Part shown: positions 45,150 to 55,083 of the stretch, piece after piece
Numbering within the stretch: the first letter of the stretch is position 1
How the letters are laid out: every line of letters begins with the position of its first letter
Virus record (IMG/VR): IMGVR_UViG_3300042691_038938
Source of the DNA: a virus
Lineage: Duplodnaviria; Caudoviricetes
Reading direction: 5' to 3' (one strand)
DNA: 64,000 nt
Notes under the pieces: model-generated
Told to the model about the DNA's origin: nothing
Seen by the model: only the letters and a program-made list of their open reading frames with translations
The model's database searches: none
Translations under genes and position numbers: made by a program

Positions 45150-47027
45150 TTAATCCTTTGTTTTTAGTTCTTGGAAGTAGCTTGGAAGTATTCCAGAGTT
45201 TGCGAATCCATCTCCATATGCTCTTTGTACGCTGCGCTTAAAGTAATCGCTAAGAGCGGACGGAGCGGCAGTATTCGTCACTGCACCCGAAGATTTTACC
45301 ATGTCCTGGACTGCCTGTATGCCCGAATCAATGGCTGAACCTTGAGCATTAGATAGTCGAATGCTGTTGTATTCTCCATAGGAGTTGTATGCACTGGCCG
45401 GATCCTGTAACTTGGTGAAAGTCATGTCACCTCCACCCATGTTAAACATGGACTCAATGTCCTGTTTCGCTCGAGGTCGACCTGGCTCCAGGCTAAGGCT
45501 AAACTTTACTCCTACTGGAAAGTCACTGTCTCCCAACTCCTCAGTAAACGCTACTGTTGTAGTCTTTAAACACAGATTTCCTATTACTGCGACTGGATCC
45601 ATTGGGTTACCTACCGTGAGGTGCCATTCTCCCACTGCTCGACCGTCAAGAAGCGCACGTAGGACAAGAGGTTTTTGATAGAGTCCAGAGAGTCTGGCTG
45701 AGACTATGTCCTGCAAGACAGGATTTTTTCCAGCGGCAGTCGTTAGCTTTGTTATAGTTTCTTCTAGATTGGTCGCTGCATCAAACTCAGATCCTAGGCT
45801 ATCTAAGAAGTTCTTTAATTCTGATGCCTTTTCAACAGTCAGTCCTCCTAACTGGGTCAACATGTCCTTTGCTCCCTCAATCGCATTTCCCTGTTCAAGC
45901 TTTTCATTATTTAATCCTAGTGCCAGATAGCCGGTCTTTTGAAAGTATCGATACGATCCTCCCCAAAACAGAGCTCGGTTGTAGGTCAAGGACAGGAAGT
46001 TGCTCATTAGGTCAAGCATGGCCACTTTAGGATTCACGTTTCCATAAGATCTCATGGTGTATTCAAAGTCTAGTTTAATCTGGTGAGTGAATACATATCC
46101 TTTCTCTCTAAGCTTGGTCTTGTCGATGACATTGATCGGCCCTAGTACTCGGTTCCAATATGCACCGTTCTGCCACGAGTCCTTAACGAACTGTTGTAGA
46201 GTCGCGTCATATCCGCTGGCTTCAAAAGGATTGTTTGGGTTCTGAAAGAAGATCGCAGTAAGAGCTGCCCGAAGAGTCTCAGCGTCCTTCTTTACTCCAA
46301 GAGCGTCAAGTACCTTTCCGGCCTCAACCTCATTTCCTTCAACGTCCTGTACGGTTGCGGTCGCATCGTCCTTCCAGTTAAATCCATAGCTCATTCCCAA
46401 GATGCTGCTTAATGTGTTGCCGGATCCTCCTCCCCACCAAGTCACGGCTTGCGCCAAAGGAATCAGTGGCAGGTTTTGCTGAGCGACTCCCAAGTTGTCC
46501 TCAACAGGAATCGGATATCGTCTCAGGGTAAGCAATCTATTGTTAGGAATCTTCCCATAGTACTTACACCATAAAAAGTCATTGTATTGGTATGGAGAAG
46601 GATATAACGGCCCTTCCTTACTTGACGCTTTCTTTTGTGATTCAGCGATTATGATCGATGCAGTAGGGTTCTCAATCACCTTCCTTCTCTCTTCATGCAG
46701 GACGTCTGCTCCAAGTATTGAGCTCTGGTAGGTGAACCTGTGTTTAGTAACATCATAGACTCCTGCCGAAACATCAGACGCTCCGCTTGCGAAATGAGCG
46801 TACCTAAATATGTAAAAAGGATTGAATAATGAATCCGTTCCTATCACAGGAATCGCTGATCCTGCAGGACCGTCTGCTCCTCCTAAGTAACTTCCGTTTA
46901 TGTAAGTAGAAGTACTGTCTGCAATCGCAGAATCAGTCAAGCCGAGTATTCCCCTAGCCTGAGCTTCAGTTGGATCCACATTCTGTAGAATGTTATTGTT
47001 ATCTCCCTGATTGGGCCAAATTGACAT
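45150..47027 (-). CDS. putative baseplate/tail structural protein
   Basis: First gene of the baseplate operon, behind an exact TATAAATA box. Confidence 0.5.
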   Translation of the reverse strand: MSIWPNQGDNNNILQNVDPTEAQARGILGLTDSAIADSTSTYINGSYLGGADGPAGSAIPVIGTDSLFNPFYIFRYAHFASGASDVSAGVYDVTKHRFTYQSSILGADVLHEERRKVIENPTASIIIAESQKKASSKEGPLYPSPYQYNDFLWCKYYGKIPNNRLLTLRRYPIPVEDNLGVAQQNLPLIPLAQAVTWWGGGSGNTLSSILGMSYGFNWKDDATATVQDVEGNEVEAGKVLDALGVKKDAETLRAALTAIFFQNPNNPFEASGYDATLQQFVKDSWQNGAYWNRVLGPINVIDKTKLREKGYVFTHQIKLDFEYTMRSYGNVNPKVAMLDLMSNFLSLTYNRALFWGGSYRYFQKTGYLALGLNNEKLEQGNAIEGAKDMLTQLGGLTVEKASELKNFLDSLGSEFDAATNLEETITKLTTAAGKNPVLQDIVSARLSGLYQKPLVLRALLDGRAVGEWHLTVGNPMDPVAVIGNLCLKTTTVAFTEELGDSDFPVGVKFSLSLEPGRPRAKQDIESMFNMGGGDMTFTKLQDPASAYNSYGEYNSIRLSNAQGSAIDSGIQAVQDMVKSSGAVTNTAAPSALSDYFKRSVQRAYGDGFANSGILPSYFQELKTKD

Positions 47028-47043
47028 AATAATTCCTTTTTAT

Positions 47044-47051
47044 TATTTATA
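47044..47051 (-). promoter_or_regulatory. T4-consensus late promoter TATAAATA
   Basis: Exact match 17 nt upstream of ATG 47027. Confidence 0.75.
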
Positions 47052-47071
47052 GTCGACCCTTTACTGGGTGA

Positions 47072-49030
47072 TCAGTCTCGGTTTTTCAAAAAATCGTTAA
47101 AGCTTGAAATCTTTTGTACCATCGATTTCTTCTTGGTTTTCTTACCCTTTGGCTTTCTTCCCGGACCAGCAAGAGCAAAGGTATCCATGTTAGAGTCTAC
47201 CATTGTGCCTGGAGTCTGGAATGCTGTTCCTGGAGAGACTCCTCCCTCGCTCTCCTTCATCTCAGCCGACTTGTAAAACTTAGGGCCCTCATTATCTCCA
47301 TAAGGAGTTAGTCCAACTACGTCTAACCTAGCCTTTGCTGTCGCCTTTTTAAGACCCTTATCAAAGTCTCGACCTGCTTGCTTTCCTCTAGTCACTAGGA
47401 CTCCTGCTTTGATTATGCTTGCGAGTCCATTGAATATTGCCTGGTTCTGCTTAGCGTTCTTTGCAGCGACTACTGCATCCCCTGCATCAGGGATTCCGGC
47501 AAAAAGTCCTACGACCAACTGCCCTAGTCCCTTAAGAATGTTCTTTAGCGGACTCTCTGCAATACGATCCTTTTCGCTTACGGCTAGCTTTATTTTAACG
47601 TATAGTGGAAGCTTTAGGTCTGGCTTTAACTGGATTCCCTTAAAGTTACCCATGTTAAAGTCCTTAGAGAGATAGCTATTCTTGATCTGTTTTTCTTTCT
47701 CAGCAGCAATGGCCTCTACTTTAGTCACGGCTGATGTTCTGTCCCTGTCTGAAAGTTCTCCGTCCTCTGAGCTCTTGATGTATTTTAGGATCCACTCCTT
47801 ACTTAAGGAAAGATACGTTAGCTGGTCTTCCTCTAGCGCGCTCTCTTTTGAAGAGCTCGCTTTAAATTGAGCTGCTCTACTTAAGCTATTAAACTCGTTA
47901 GTGATAGCATTTTCCATCCACGCAGAGTTCTTCTTGTCCAGTGCCTTGAATAGCTTATAATAGTCTCCTCCTGGAGGAGAAACTTCCCCATTCACAATAG
48001 GAGGAAGTAACGCAAGGTTAAGTGCCGAGATTAAATTGTTCTTGATCAAGTTCTTTCGACGAAGACTCGGCTTCTCAACTTTTCCAAGTTGTTCCTCTTT
48101 CTTTTTTATTGCTTTATCGTAGACCGCTTGATATCCTAGTGCGTCTATTAGAGGCTTCCAATCTATGTTCAATTGATATAGTCCTTCTGGCGTGTTTGGG
48201 ATATCGTAAATTCTCTTTTTATCTTCAGCCATCGCATCGGCAATCTCCTTAGCTATCAAATCGTTTGCCTTTTGCAAGATCTTTTCGATCTTTTTTCTAT
48301 TTGATGCGCCTACTGATTTTTTAGCCTCCTCAACGATCTCAGGATTAGACTTAAGAATTCCTTTAAACATCGATTTCTTTAGAGTCTGCTCGTTTCCGTT
48401 CTGATCAGTTATGATGAACTCGTCCGACTTTACTGCATTGTGAACTCCTCCTACTAGCTTTATCTTATAGACTGGAGTTCCCTCCCTCGTTGAGAACTTC
48501 AGCTCAGTTCCGTTCTCTTTGAAATAGAGCATAAGAGCAGTCTCAGTGTCGTAATCTGGTGCAGTGCTTGCGTAACTAAATATTTTATGGATCTTATAGA
48601 TACGACTTGAGAGTTCAGCTTCTCTAGTTTTTAAGGCATAAAACTTCTTAAATGAGTCCTCAGGTTTTATCTTTTTCTTTTCTGCTGAGATCTGACTGAT
48701 CGTCTTTCTAGTCCTCTTCACGAACTCGTCAACCATTCCGATCTTTTCAGGCTCGACCAACATCATGAGAATCCTTTGAAGTTCAGGCTGATTTTGAATC
48801 TTTTCTAGTAGATTGACGTCAATCTTTTCTAATGCCTTTTCTAAAGAGTCAAAGGATGTTGTCCTAGCGGTGTCGTCGACTGGATCACCTCCTATTCCGC
48901 TCGAAATTAGCTCCCGAATCTCATCGAACTCAGAACTTGATTCGTCCTTCTTTGACGAAGTCTCAGCTTCCGCTTCAAAAACGGGAGTGACTGTTCCCAG
49001 CCAATGTTTTAAGTATTCTCCAAAGCTCAT
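47072..49030 (-). CDS. large helical hypothetical late protein
   Basis: 652 aa, K/E-rich; late box at 49050-49057. Confidence 0.75.
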   Translation of the reverse strand: MSFGEYLKHWLGTVTPVFEAEAETSSKKDESSSEFDEIRELISSGIGGDPVDDTARTTSFDSLEKALEKIDVNLLEKIQNQPELQRILMMLVEPEKIGMVDEFVKRTRKTISQISAEKKKIKPEDSFKKFYALKTREAELSSRIYKIHKIFSYASTAPDYDTETALMLYFKENGTELKFSTREGTPVYKIKLVGGVHNAVKSDEFIITDQNGNEQTLKKSMFKGILKSNPEIVEEAKKSVGASNRKKIEKILQKANDLIAKEIADAMAEDKKRIYDIPNTPEGLYQLNIDWKPLIDALGYQAVYDKAIKKKEEQLGKVEKPSLRRKNLIKNNLISALNLALLPPIVNGEVSPPGGDYYKLFKALDKKNSAWMENAITNEFNSLSRAAQFKASSSKESALEEDQLTYLSLSKEWILKYIKSSEDGELSDRDRTSAVTKVEAIAAEKEKQIKNSYLSKDFNMGNFKGIQLKPDLKLPLYVKIKLAVSEKDRIAESPLKNILKGLGQLVVGLFAGIPDAGDAVVAAKNAKQNQAIFNGLASIIKAGVLVTRGKQAGRDFDKGLKKATAKARLDVVGLTPYGDNEGPKFYKSAEMKESEGGVSPGTAFQTPGTMVDSNMDTFALAGPGRKPKGKKTKKKSMVQKISSFNDFLKNRD

Positions 49031-49048
49031 CCGATCGATCAGTTTTTA

Positions 49049-49243
49049 TTATTTATCTTTCTTTTTAAACCTGTCATATGGGATGACCCAAAGTTTTCTC
49101 TTGATCTCTCCTTTCATGAAATCATATACTGAATTTCCATCACTTCCCTCTTCAGGATGTTGAAGAAGAGCGTTTTCCAAGGGAGCCTTACCCTTTCGAT
49201 AGTCTTCGTAGTTTTTCCAGGATGAATGCTTCTTCTTTGCCAT
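49049..49243 (-). CDS. small basic hypothetical protein
   Basis: 64-aa ORF in operon. Confidence 0.55.
   Translation of the reverse strand: MAKKKHSSWKNYEDYRKGKAPLENALLQHPEEGSDGNSVYDFMKGEIKRKLWVIPYDRFKKKDK
49050..49057 (-). promoter_or_regulatory. late promoter-like GATAAATA
   Basis: Recurrent motif. Confidence 0.6.
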
Positions 49244-49253
49244 TTCTTCTTTG

Positions 49254-50813
49254 TTATTTTAGGGTAGTGTATTCTCCGTTGATGAAGTGAAGGTGTTGGG
49301 CCTTTCCATCCTCATGGATTATCACATGAGACTGCAGCCAAGCGCTAGGTCCGATATTGTAACCCACTCTAAGCTCAGTTGAAGTTCCTACCGCAAGCGC
49401 ACCATCCTTTCTTCCAGGTGAGTGGTAGTGACCGACTATTATCTTAGTATTTAGCTTTCTAAACTGTTGTAGGGAGCCTCGGCTGCCTCCTGAGCCTATG
49501 TCTCCATGTTGACCCAGCTCCCAACCGTTTACGATATAGCTATCGCTTCTTCCCAAAGTCGTAAAGTGTGGATACTTTTTCTTGATTACCCAAGGAATCA
49601 CTCCCTGCGGAGCCTCTCCATTTAGGATTGCCGCTGAGAACTGCATGTATTCCAAGGAATTCTTTGGTGTCAGGGTCTTTCTCCAATCGGTGTTCTTTAA
49701 CCACCGATCCACGAAATCATCATGATTGCTTCGAACTATCACAGTATTGTATTCCGCGAAATCAGATAGACCCTTAAGAAGATCTTCTATCTCTTTCTTC
49801 AGAGAATTAGTACCTTCCATCTCTTTTTGATATTGAATAAAAGGATCCTTTTCCTCGTGATGAGATATTGATTTGCCGTCAAATACGTCATGTAGAACAA
49901 CATGGTCTGGCTTCATCTTAGCCATGAAATCAAGAGTCTTGTCGAGTACCTCTTGGTCGTGATGACCGTAGTGTAGGTCTCCAAGGACGATTGCTGATAC
50001 TTTTTCTGCTCTATCCACTTCACCGTTTTCTACTCTATAGAACAGGTCAGTGAATGAACCGTTATCCGTTGCTGTTACTTGCCGCATGAAGAAGGAACCT
50101 TCGTCCTTTATCTCAACGATAACGAATCCCAATGTGTGGTGAAACTCTCCCTTCTTACCTGATTTAGAATCAGTATAGTTCTTCATGGTGCAAGCTCCAG
50201 TAGTGACCATCATCTTGGGTTCATGACCTTCTAGAACAGGAATCATTTCCAGCTGCATCTTTGGTGAGCCGAAAACGCAAGAGTTTATGCCGCTCATTCC
50301 TTCAAGTCCAGTCATGGGATTCACAGCAGTTGGCTGGATCTTCACGTCAGACATGATCGATACTCTCTTATGAATGTCATGGCGATTCGCATCTAAATAC
50401 TTAACGACTGAACTGTGCCATTTCTCTTCCATCGTTTGCGCGTTAGTCCAGACGCTGGTCGGATTTTTATATCGACCTGCAATCACATGAATGTCAGCAT
50501 TGATGAATTCGGCATACGCCTCAATGTTTTTTAAGAATTGATTATGAACTGGAGTATTGTTTTGAGCCCAAGTAATGATGAATCTCTTAGACTTCTTATT
50601 GTGTTCTCTAGCCTGAGCGATCTTAAACTGTTCTGGTTCAGGTATGCTTTTGGAAGTTATTCCCAATTTTGATACCCATTTCTCTATTGTTCTCTGAGTG
50701 ACTCCAAATCGATCGCTTAACGAATTCATTCGAACGACCCACTTGAGATCTTTGTTTAGATAGGTTTCAGATATGTAAGTTTTATCAATTTCTTCTAGGT
50801 TATTAAACCTCAT
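49254..50813 (-). CDS. metallophosphoesterase-fold nuclease, T5 A1-like, with N-terminal HTH
   Basis: ITWAQNNTPVH, LGDLHYG, HDVFDG, RSNHDD, HGD, GHYHSP; N-terminal FGVTQRTIEKW HTH. Confidence 0.65.
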   Translation of the reverse strand: MRFNNLEEIDKTYISETYLNKDLKWVVRMNSLSDRFGVTQRTIEKWVSKLGITSKSIPEPEQFKIAQAREHNKKSKRFIITWAQNNTPVHNQFLKNIEAYAEFINADIHVIAGRYKNPTSVWTNAQTMEEKWHSSVVKYLDANRHDIHKRVSIMSDVKIQPTAVNPMTGLEGMSGINSCVFGSPKMQLEMIPVLEGHEPKMMVTTGACTMKNYTDSKSGKKGEFHHTLGFVIVEIKDEGSFFMRQVTATDNGSFTDLFYRVENGEVDRAEKVSAIVLGDLHYGHHDQEVLDKTLDFMAKMKPDHVVLHDVFDGKSISHHEEKDPFIQYQKEMEGTNSLKKEIEDLLKGLSDFAEYNTVIVRSNHDDFVDRWLKNTDWRKTLTPKNSLEYMQFSAAILNGEAPQGVIPWVIKKKYPHFTTLGRSDSYIVNGWELGQHGDIGSGGSRGSLQQFRKLNTKIIVGHYHSPGRKDGALAVGTSTELRVGYNIGPSAWLQSHVIIHEDGKAQHLHFINGEYTTLK

Positions 50814-50840
50814 ATTGATAACATTTTTTTATTCAGATCG

Positions 50841-52715
50841 CTATTCTATCTCTTCAGACTCTTCTTTATTAAAATCATCTTCAGATAACCTAGCGTCCTG
50901 GTTTTCCATGATTGGAGTTCGGATCCCCAATTCTTTTTGTAGGTTAAAAAAGTCAGACTCAATCGAGTCTGGAACCAGTTTCTTATACTCTGCAAAATTG
51001 GAATGTTTTATCGAGTCAAACACTTCCTCAGACTTTATAAAGCTTGGAAGCTCAACTATCTTAAACTCCTTCGATATCCTCAAAGGAATGTCTCTTTTTC
51101 TTATGTAATCTAATTGGATCGCATAGTCCTTCAATCGACGCGACGTCGTTCCCCACAGGATCGGCTCATAGTCGGGACGAAGTATCTTTATGATCTCTTC
51201 TAGGTTTCCTACAGAGACCACTTTTACGTCAGCGATTAGACTTGAATACTCCTGCTGAACCTTATTGAGCAACATCGTCGTGGTGGTTAGAGTGAGCGGG
51301 GACATCTTAGTCTGTCTCTCTCCCTTAATGGCTATAAAAACGACCTTTTTTCCGTTTTTCTCCTTCATTAACTTGGCTGACTTAATGTGGCCCATCGTCA
51401 CAGGTTGAAAAGCTCCGACTAGAATGTTTACCTCAGTGGGTTCCACTCTCTCTGCTGAGTTTTTTGCGAATTCCTTCTCACTCATGGCAGAAAAGTCTTG
51501 CGGCATTCCCAGGAACTGGCTGAAGCTTGGGAAAAGGCCTTCATACACTGCGTCCCCCATAATAATGTTCTTGATCTTCTGTACTATTAGATTGAGTTGG
51601 GATACTAGTTCCGGAGTAAAGAATCCTGCACTAGATTTCTTACGCACCTTTCTAAAGAAATTAAGTAGGATCTTATAAATCTCTTTATTTGTCTCGTTCT
51701 TACTGATTGAATCTACCACTTCAGGGTCCCCAATCAAGTCAACGTCCAATTCGAACTCAGGTCTCTTTAGGTAATCGGGAATCTCTAAGCTTAATCCATC
51801 GTACTTTTCAGAATACTCCTTCAGGAAGTCTTTGAACATAGAATTGATCAGCTTAATGTACTTTTCTTCGTATGTCTCGCAGTCCTCTATCTTCTTCTTT
51901 ACGTCCTCAATATCATACATCTCAAAGTGATTCATTAGATCGATCACAATCAACCATATGTAATCTTGGGAGGATGTGGATTTCTTTTGAGTGTTCTCAC
52001 CGACTCTCTTTTGAAAGAGCGGATCTACCATCTTTGCTAGGAAGACATCATGTTCAGCGTCGTCTCCATAAAATCGAAAGACGATTGTTTCTAATTCTCT
52101 ATCGTTAAGCTCGACTAGTGAGTCTGGATCCAATACTGAAAGCACATGCTTGGTGAAGGATTTAGTCTTAAATTTTTCTTCCAGTTCTCTAGGATCAGCG
52201 TAAACGAATTCAAGTATCTTAGTCTTCTGTTCATCGTCTAGGTTTCCTTCAAAGATGATAGGCTGAACGTCTACTTCTAGGTAGCTTGCCCATCTGCTCA
52301 ATTGATCCTTCGACTGTAGTGTTTCCAAGATGTTTCCAGACTCGTCCATTCTGTGAATGTAAGAGAGAACTAGGCCATTCTTTGGAGCTCCTACTTTTCT
52401 GCTAATCATTGAGTCTCCTCGACTAAAGAACTCAAAACCGAAAAAGAAGTTAGCTGGAATTCTCTGTCTCTTGTCCATCAAGAGCTCCTCGAAGTGTCTG
52501 ATTGCAGGATTGTAGTATTTCATCAATACTCTATCAACATAGGTGATCTCACCAGACTTCTTGAAGTATTTGAATGAGTCATCCTTTGTCTTTTTGACTC
52601 CAAAGAATGCACCGTCCACCTTTTCGTTAACGATCACGTATTTGTTTAAGAGGCCTGTCAAGAAGGCTTCACCCTTCTTTTCGTATATCTCTTTAAGATT
52701 GTTTATTCCTGCCAT
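50841..52715 (-). CDS. fusion of ATP-dependent ligase-like adenylyltransferase domain and HIGH-type nucleotidyltransferase
   Basis: N-terminal EKVDG (KxDG), GFEF, ETIVFR, AKMVD; C-terminal GAFQPVTMGH. Confidence 0.65.
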   Translation of the reverse strand: MAGINNLKEIYEKKGEAFLTGLLNKYVIVNEKVDGAFFGVKKTKDDSFKYFKKSGEITYVDRVLMKYYNPAIRHFEELLMDKRQRIPANFFFGFEFFSRGDSMISRKVGAPKNGLVLSYIHRMDESGNILETLQSKDQLSRWASYLEVDVQPIIFEGNLDDEQKTKILEFVYADPRELEEKFKTKSFTKHVLSVLDPDSLVELNDRELETIVFRFYGDDAEHDVFLAKMVDPLFQKRVGENTQKKSTSSQDYIWLIVIDLMNHFEMYDIEDVKKKIEDCETYEEKYIKLINSMFKDFLKEYSEKYDGLSLEIPDYLKRPEFELDVDLIGDPEVVDSISKNETNKEIYKILLNFFRKVRKKSSAGFFTPELVSQLNLIVQKIKNIIMGDAVYEGLFPSFSQFLGMPQDFSAMSEKEFAKNSAERVEPTEVNILVGAFQPVTMGHIKSAKLMKEKNGKKVVFIAIKGERQTKMSPLTLTTTTMLLNKVQQEYSSLIADVKVVSVGNLEEIIKILRPDYEPILWGTTSRRLKDYAIQLDYIRKRDIPLRISKEFKIVELPSFIKSEEVFDSIKHSNFAEYKKLVPDSIESDFFNLQKELGIRTPIMENQDARLSEDDFNKEESEEIE

Positions 52716-52725
52716 CAGTCAGTCT

Positions 52726-53283
52726 TTAGATCTCGGCTTTAGGTTCTTCAGTAGGAGCTTGACCTGGAGTCTTTTCCTTGGCTTCAACCTTTGGCTCTGA
52801 TTTTTTCTGTTTTGCTTTATTTATTGAGTCTCTAATACTCTTCGCGTCCATACCTATTGAAATGGTCGCAACGTTGTCTGAATCTTCTTTGTTCTCAGAG
52901 AAGTACTCAGCAATCTTTTTTAGGTTCATATTTAGATCACTACCGAATCCTCCAGCCTTTTCTATCTTGTCCTTAAGGCTTTCAGTGGCTTCAAATGAAC
53001 CTGTATATGCGATCGACCAGCAGTAAAATCTTACTTGCTCGCCGTTTCCTGAATAATATCTTTGCAGTTCTTTAATTCTTTGAATGGCACCGTTTGCGTC
53101 TCTAGAAGTAAGAGCCTTTCCCAAGTAATCAGATGGAACTCCGAATCTCACGCGGTCTGATAGCACATCCATTAGCTCCTCTATTCGTTGGATTAAGGTC
53201 TCTGCCTTGTAGCCTCTTAAAGATTTAGACGATTCTTCAGCTTCGTTCACGTACTGAAAATAGCTTCGCATATATTTTGCCAT
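52726..53283 (-). CDS. putative internal head protein (capsid-targeting-like leader)
   Basis: MAKYMRSYFQYVNEAEE leader; late box at 53301-53308. Confidence 0.6.
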   Translation of the reverse strand: MAKYMRSYFQYVNEAEESSKSLRGYKAETLIQRIEELMDVLSDRVRFGVPSDYLGKALTSRDANGAIQRIKELQRYYSGNGEQVRFYCWSIAYTGSFEATESLKDKIEKAGGFGSDLNMNLKKIAEYFSENKEDSDNVATISIGMDAKSIRDSINKAKQKKSEPKVEAKEKTPGQAPTEEPKAEI

Positions 53284-53300
53284 TTCAAAATATTTTTTAT

Positions 53301-53308
53301 TATTTATT
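53301..53308 (-). promoter_or_regulatory. late promoter-like AATAAATA
   Basis: Recurrent motif overlapping the stop of the upstream gene. Confidence 0.6.
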
Positions 53309-53912
53309 AAGAAGAGACAGAGTTATTTATTAGACCATTCAACCTTGCGTTAAATTCAGCAACGCTGTCCTCATTGAAATGATTTACCATTTTGTCAAAC
53401 TCATTGTTCTTTGAAGAATCAGTAATCTGTGGTTTGAATTCTGAAAATATCCTTTCAAAGAGTTCCTTTTCGCTCTCTGCATTCTCAAAGTTTCCAAAGT
53501 AGTCTTTCTCTCTTCTAGTGATCTCAATCTCTTCAGCTCTCTCAACATATAGGACTTTGCTGTTCTGATAAAGGTCACTCATTAGGATCTTCTTAAACTC
53601 TTCCAATAACCGAATCGCGCCCATTCTCTCTCGATAGATCGACCACACATAGGCTGAGAAGATGCAACGATCAAAGACTAGGATGTGATCCTTTAAGAGA
53701 GTCTGATTGAGCTCAAGTATCGTAAGCACGTTCGCAATGCTAAAGTAATGAACTCCTGGCCCAGTCTCCTGATCCTTCATCTTCAAGGCTTCAATATATT
53801 TTGCGAATTGAAACTTGTAGTAATGAACCCTAGGATCAGTGTTCTGTTCAAGAAACTTTTCGATTAGAAAAGTCTTTCCGCTATGTCTATGGCCTTCTAT
53901 TATTAGTATCAT
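53307..53912 (-). CDS. P-loop nucleotide monophosphate kinase (thymidylate/dNMP kinase-like)
   Basis: IIEGHRHSGKT Walker A, VFDRCIFSAYVW (DR motif). Confidence 0.75.
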   Translation of the reverse strand: MILIIEGHRHSGKTFLIEKFLEQNTDPRVHYYKFQFAKYIEALKMKDQETGPGVHYFSIANVLTILELNQTLLKDHILVFDRCIFSAYVWSIYRERMGAIRLLEEFKKILMSDLYQNSKVLYVERAEEIEITRREKDYFGNFENAESEKELFERIFSEFKPQITDSSKNNEFDKMVNHFNEDSVAEFNARLNGLINNSVSS

Positions 53913-54502
53913 CTCTTTAATTCTATTCTTCTTGATTCTCCTGCAGTAAAACTGTGGAGCGATATCACCTTTGATTTATCCACTAGCTGCATGTTTAAAG
54001 TCATTAAACTACTCAATGAGGTTGCGGATCTTTGGATAGTCAAAACGTATTCATGGAAAAATTGCTGGTATTTCTTTAGCTGTTCTAATGAATCCTCATA
54101 TACTCTTATCTCTTTGATGGTTGGAGTTTTTTCTAACTCAGACTTAAGAATAAGGATCTTCTCGGTCTTTCTGCCCAAGAAGTAGCAGCGATCGAAGGAG
54201 ATACCGTATTTTTCTAATAGGTGATCGACACAATGCTTAAGCTCCTCTATCCTATGTGTGATTAGTATAGTTATTGCGGTCGGGTCCTTTGAAGCTCTTA
54301 GCCAATCATCGTATACTGGTTCAATTAACTGAATGTTATGGATTTCAGGATCCATTGAGCTAGGGTGATCGTAAAACGAATAAGGATCGGGAAAATCAAG
54401 TTCCGGATTGAGCCTTTCTACTGAGAATCGATCAGTGTAGCCTGGCATTCTAAACAGTGTTTCATCAAAATCAAACACAAAAATCTTAGTAATATCTTTC
54501 AT
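53909..54502 (-). CDS. HAD-superfamily phosphatase
   Basis: FDFDETLF motif I, ITHR motif II, K, YEDS motif IV; start moved to ATG 54502. Confidence 0.8.
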   Translation of the reverse strand: MKDITKIFVFDFDETLFRMPGYTDRFSVERLNPELDFPDPYSFYDHPSSMDPEIHNIQLIEPVYDDWLRASKDPTAITILITHRIEELKHCVDHLLEKYGISFDRCYFLGRKTEKILILKSELEKTPTIKEIRVYEDSLEQLKKYQQFFHEYVLTIQRSATSLSSLMTLNMQLVDKSKVISLHSFTAGESRRIELKR

Positions 54503-54515
54503 GATATATTTTATT

Positions 54516-54523
54516 GATAAATA
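54516..54523 (+). promoter_or_regulatory. late promoter-like GATAAATA
   Basis: Upstream of ATG 54546. Confidence 0.6.
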
Positions 54524-54545
54524 ATAAAAAGTTTTGATCTCTAAG

Positions 54546-55037
54546 ATGGGAAAATACATCAAGCTATTTGAGGACTATGAAAACGAACTAAAGAATTCGG
54601 ACGAAGAGACCTCTCACAACTGGACCGACATTCGTGATGCCGTCCAGATGAGACTGCCCTTCGTGATAATAGTCTTCAAGAACTCTGATTCATACCTATC
54701 TGCGTTGGACTCTGAACTGATCGGTGGAGACTACATCAAGCAAAAAGCCCTAATGAGTAAGGACGGAACGCTTGTTAAGTACCCTTCGATCTTCATGGTT
54801 GTCCAGGACGACGAGACCTTTAAGAATAAGATACCAAAGATATTCGATGCATTTAAGACTAAGGTGATCTTTTTGGGTAAAAAGGGAGACGACCAGATTG
54901 ACTGTTATTACTCAGATGGATCTAACGTACAAGCAGGTAATGAGATAGTGTCCTCCTTAGGAAAGGATGAGATGGACAACAACGACCACTTTGAGATAGG
55001 ATCAACTAATTACATGTTTGTTGACTTCGTCGGATAA
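54546..55037 (+). CDS. hypothetical protein with capsid-targeting-like leader
   Basis: MGKYIKLFEDYENE. Confidence 0.65.
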   Translation: MGKYIKLFEDYENELKNSDEETSHNWTDIRDAVQMRLPFVIIVFKNSDSYLSALDSELIGGDYIKQKALMSKDGTLVKYPSIFMVVQDDETFKNKIPKIFDAFKTKVIFLGKKGDDQIDCYYSDGSNVQAGNEIVSSLGKDEMDNNDHFEIGSTNYMFVDFVG

Positions 55038-55062
55038 ACCTAGCTCTCATTTTGAGTATAAC
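55036..55062 (+). promoter_or_regulatory. putative promoter AAACCT-N15-TATAAC
   Basis: Two-box motif upstream of the uvsY-like gene. Confidence 0.5.
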
Positions 55063-55083
55063 ATAAGATAAAGTCAAGACTCG

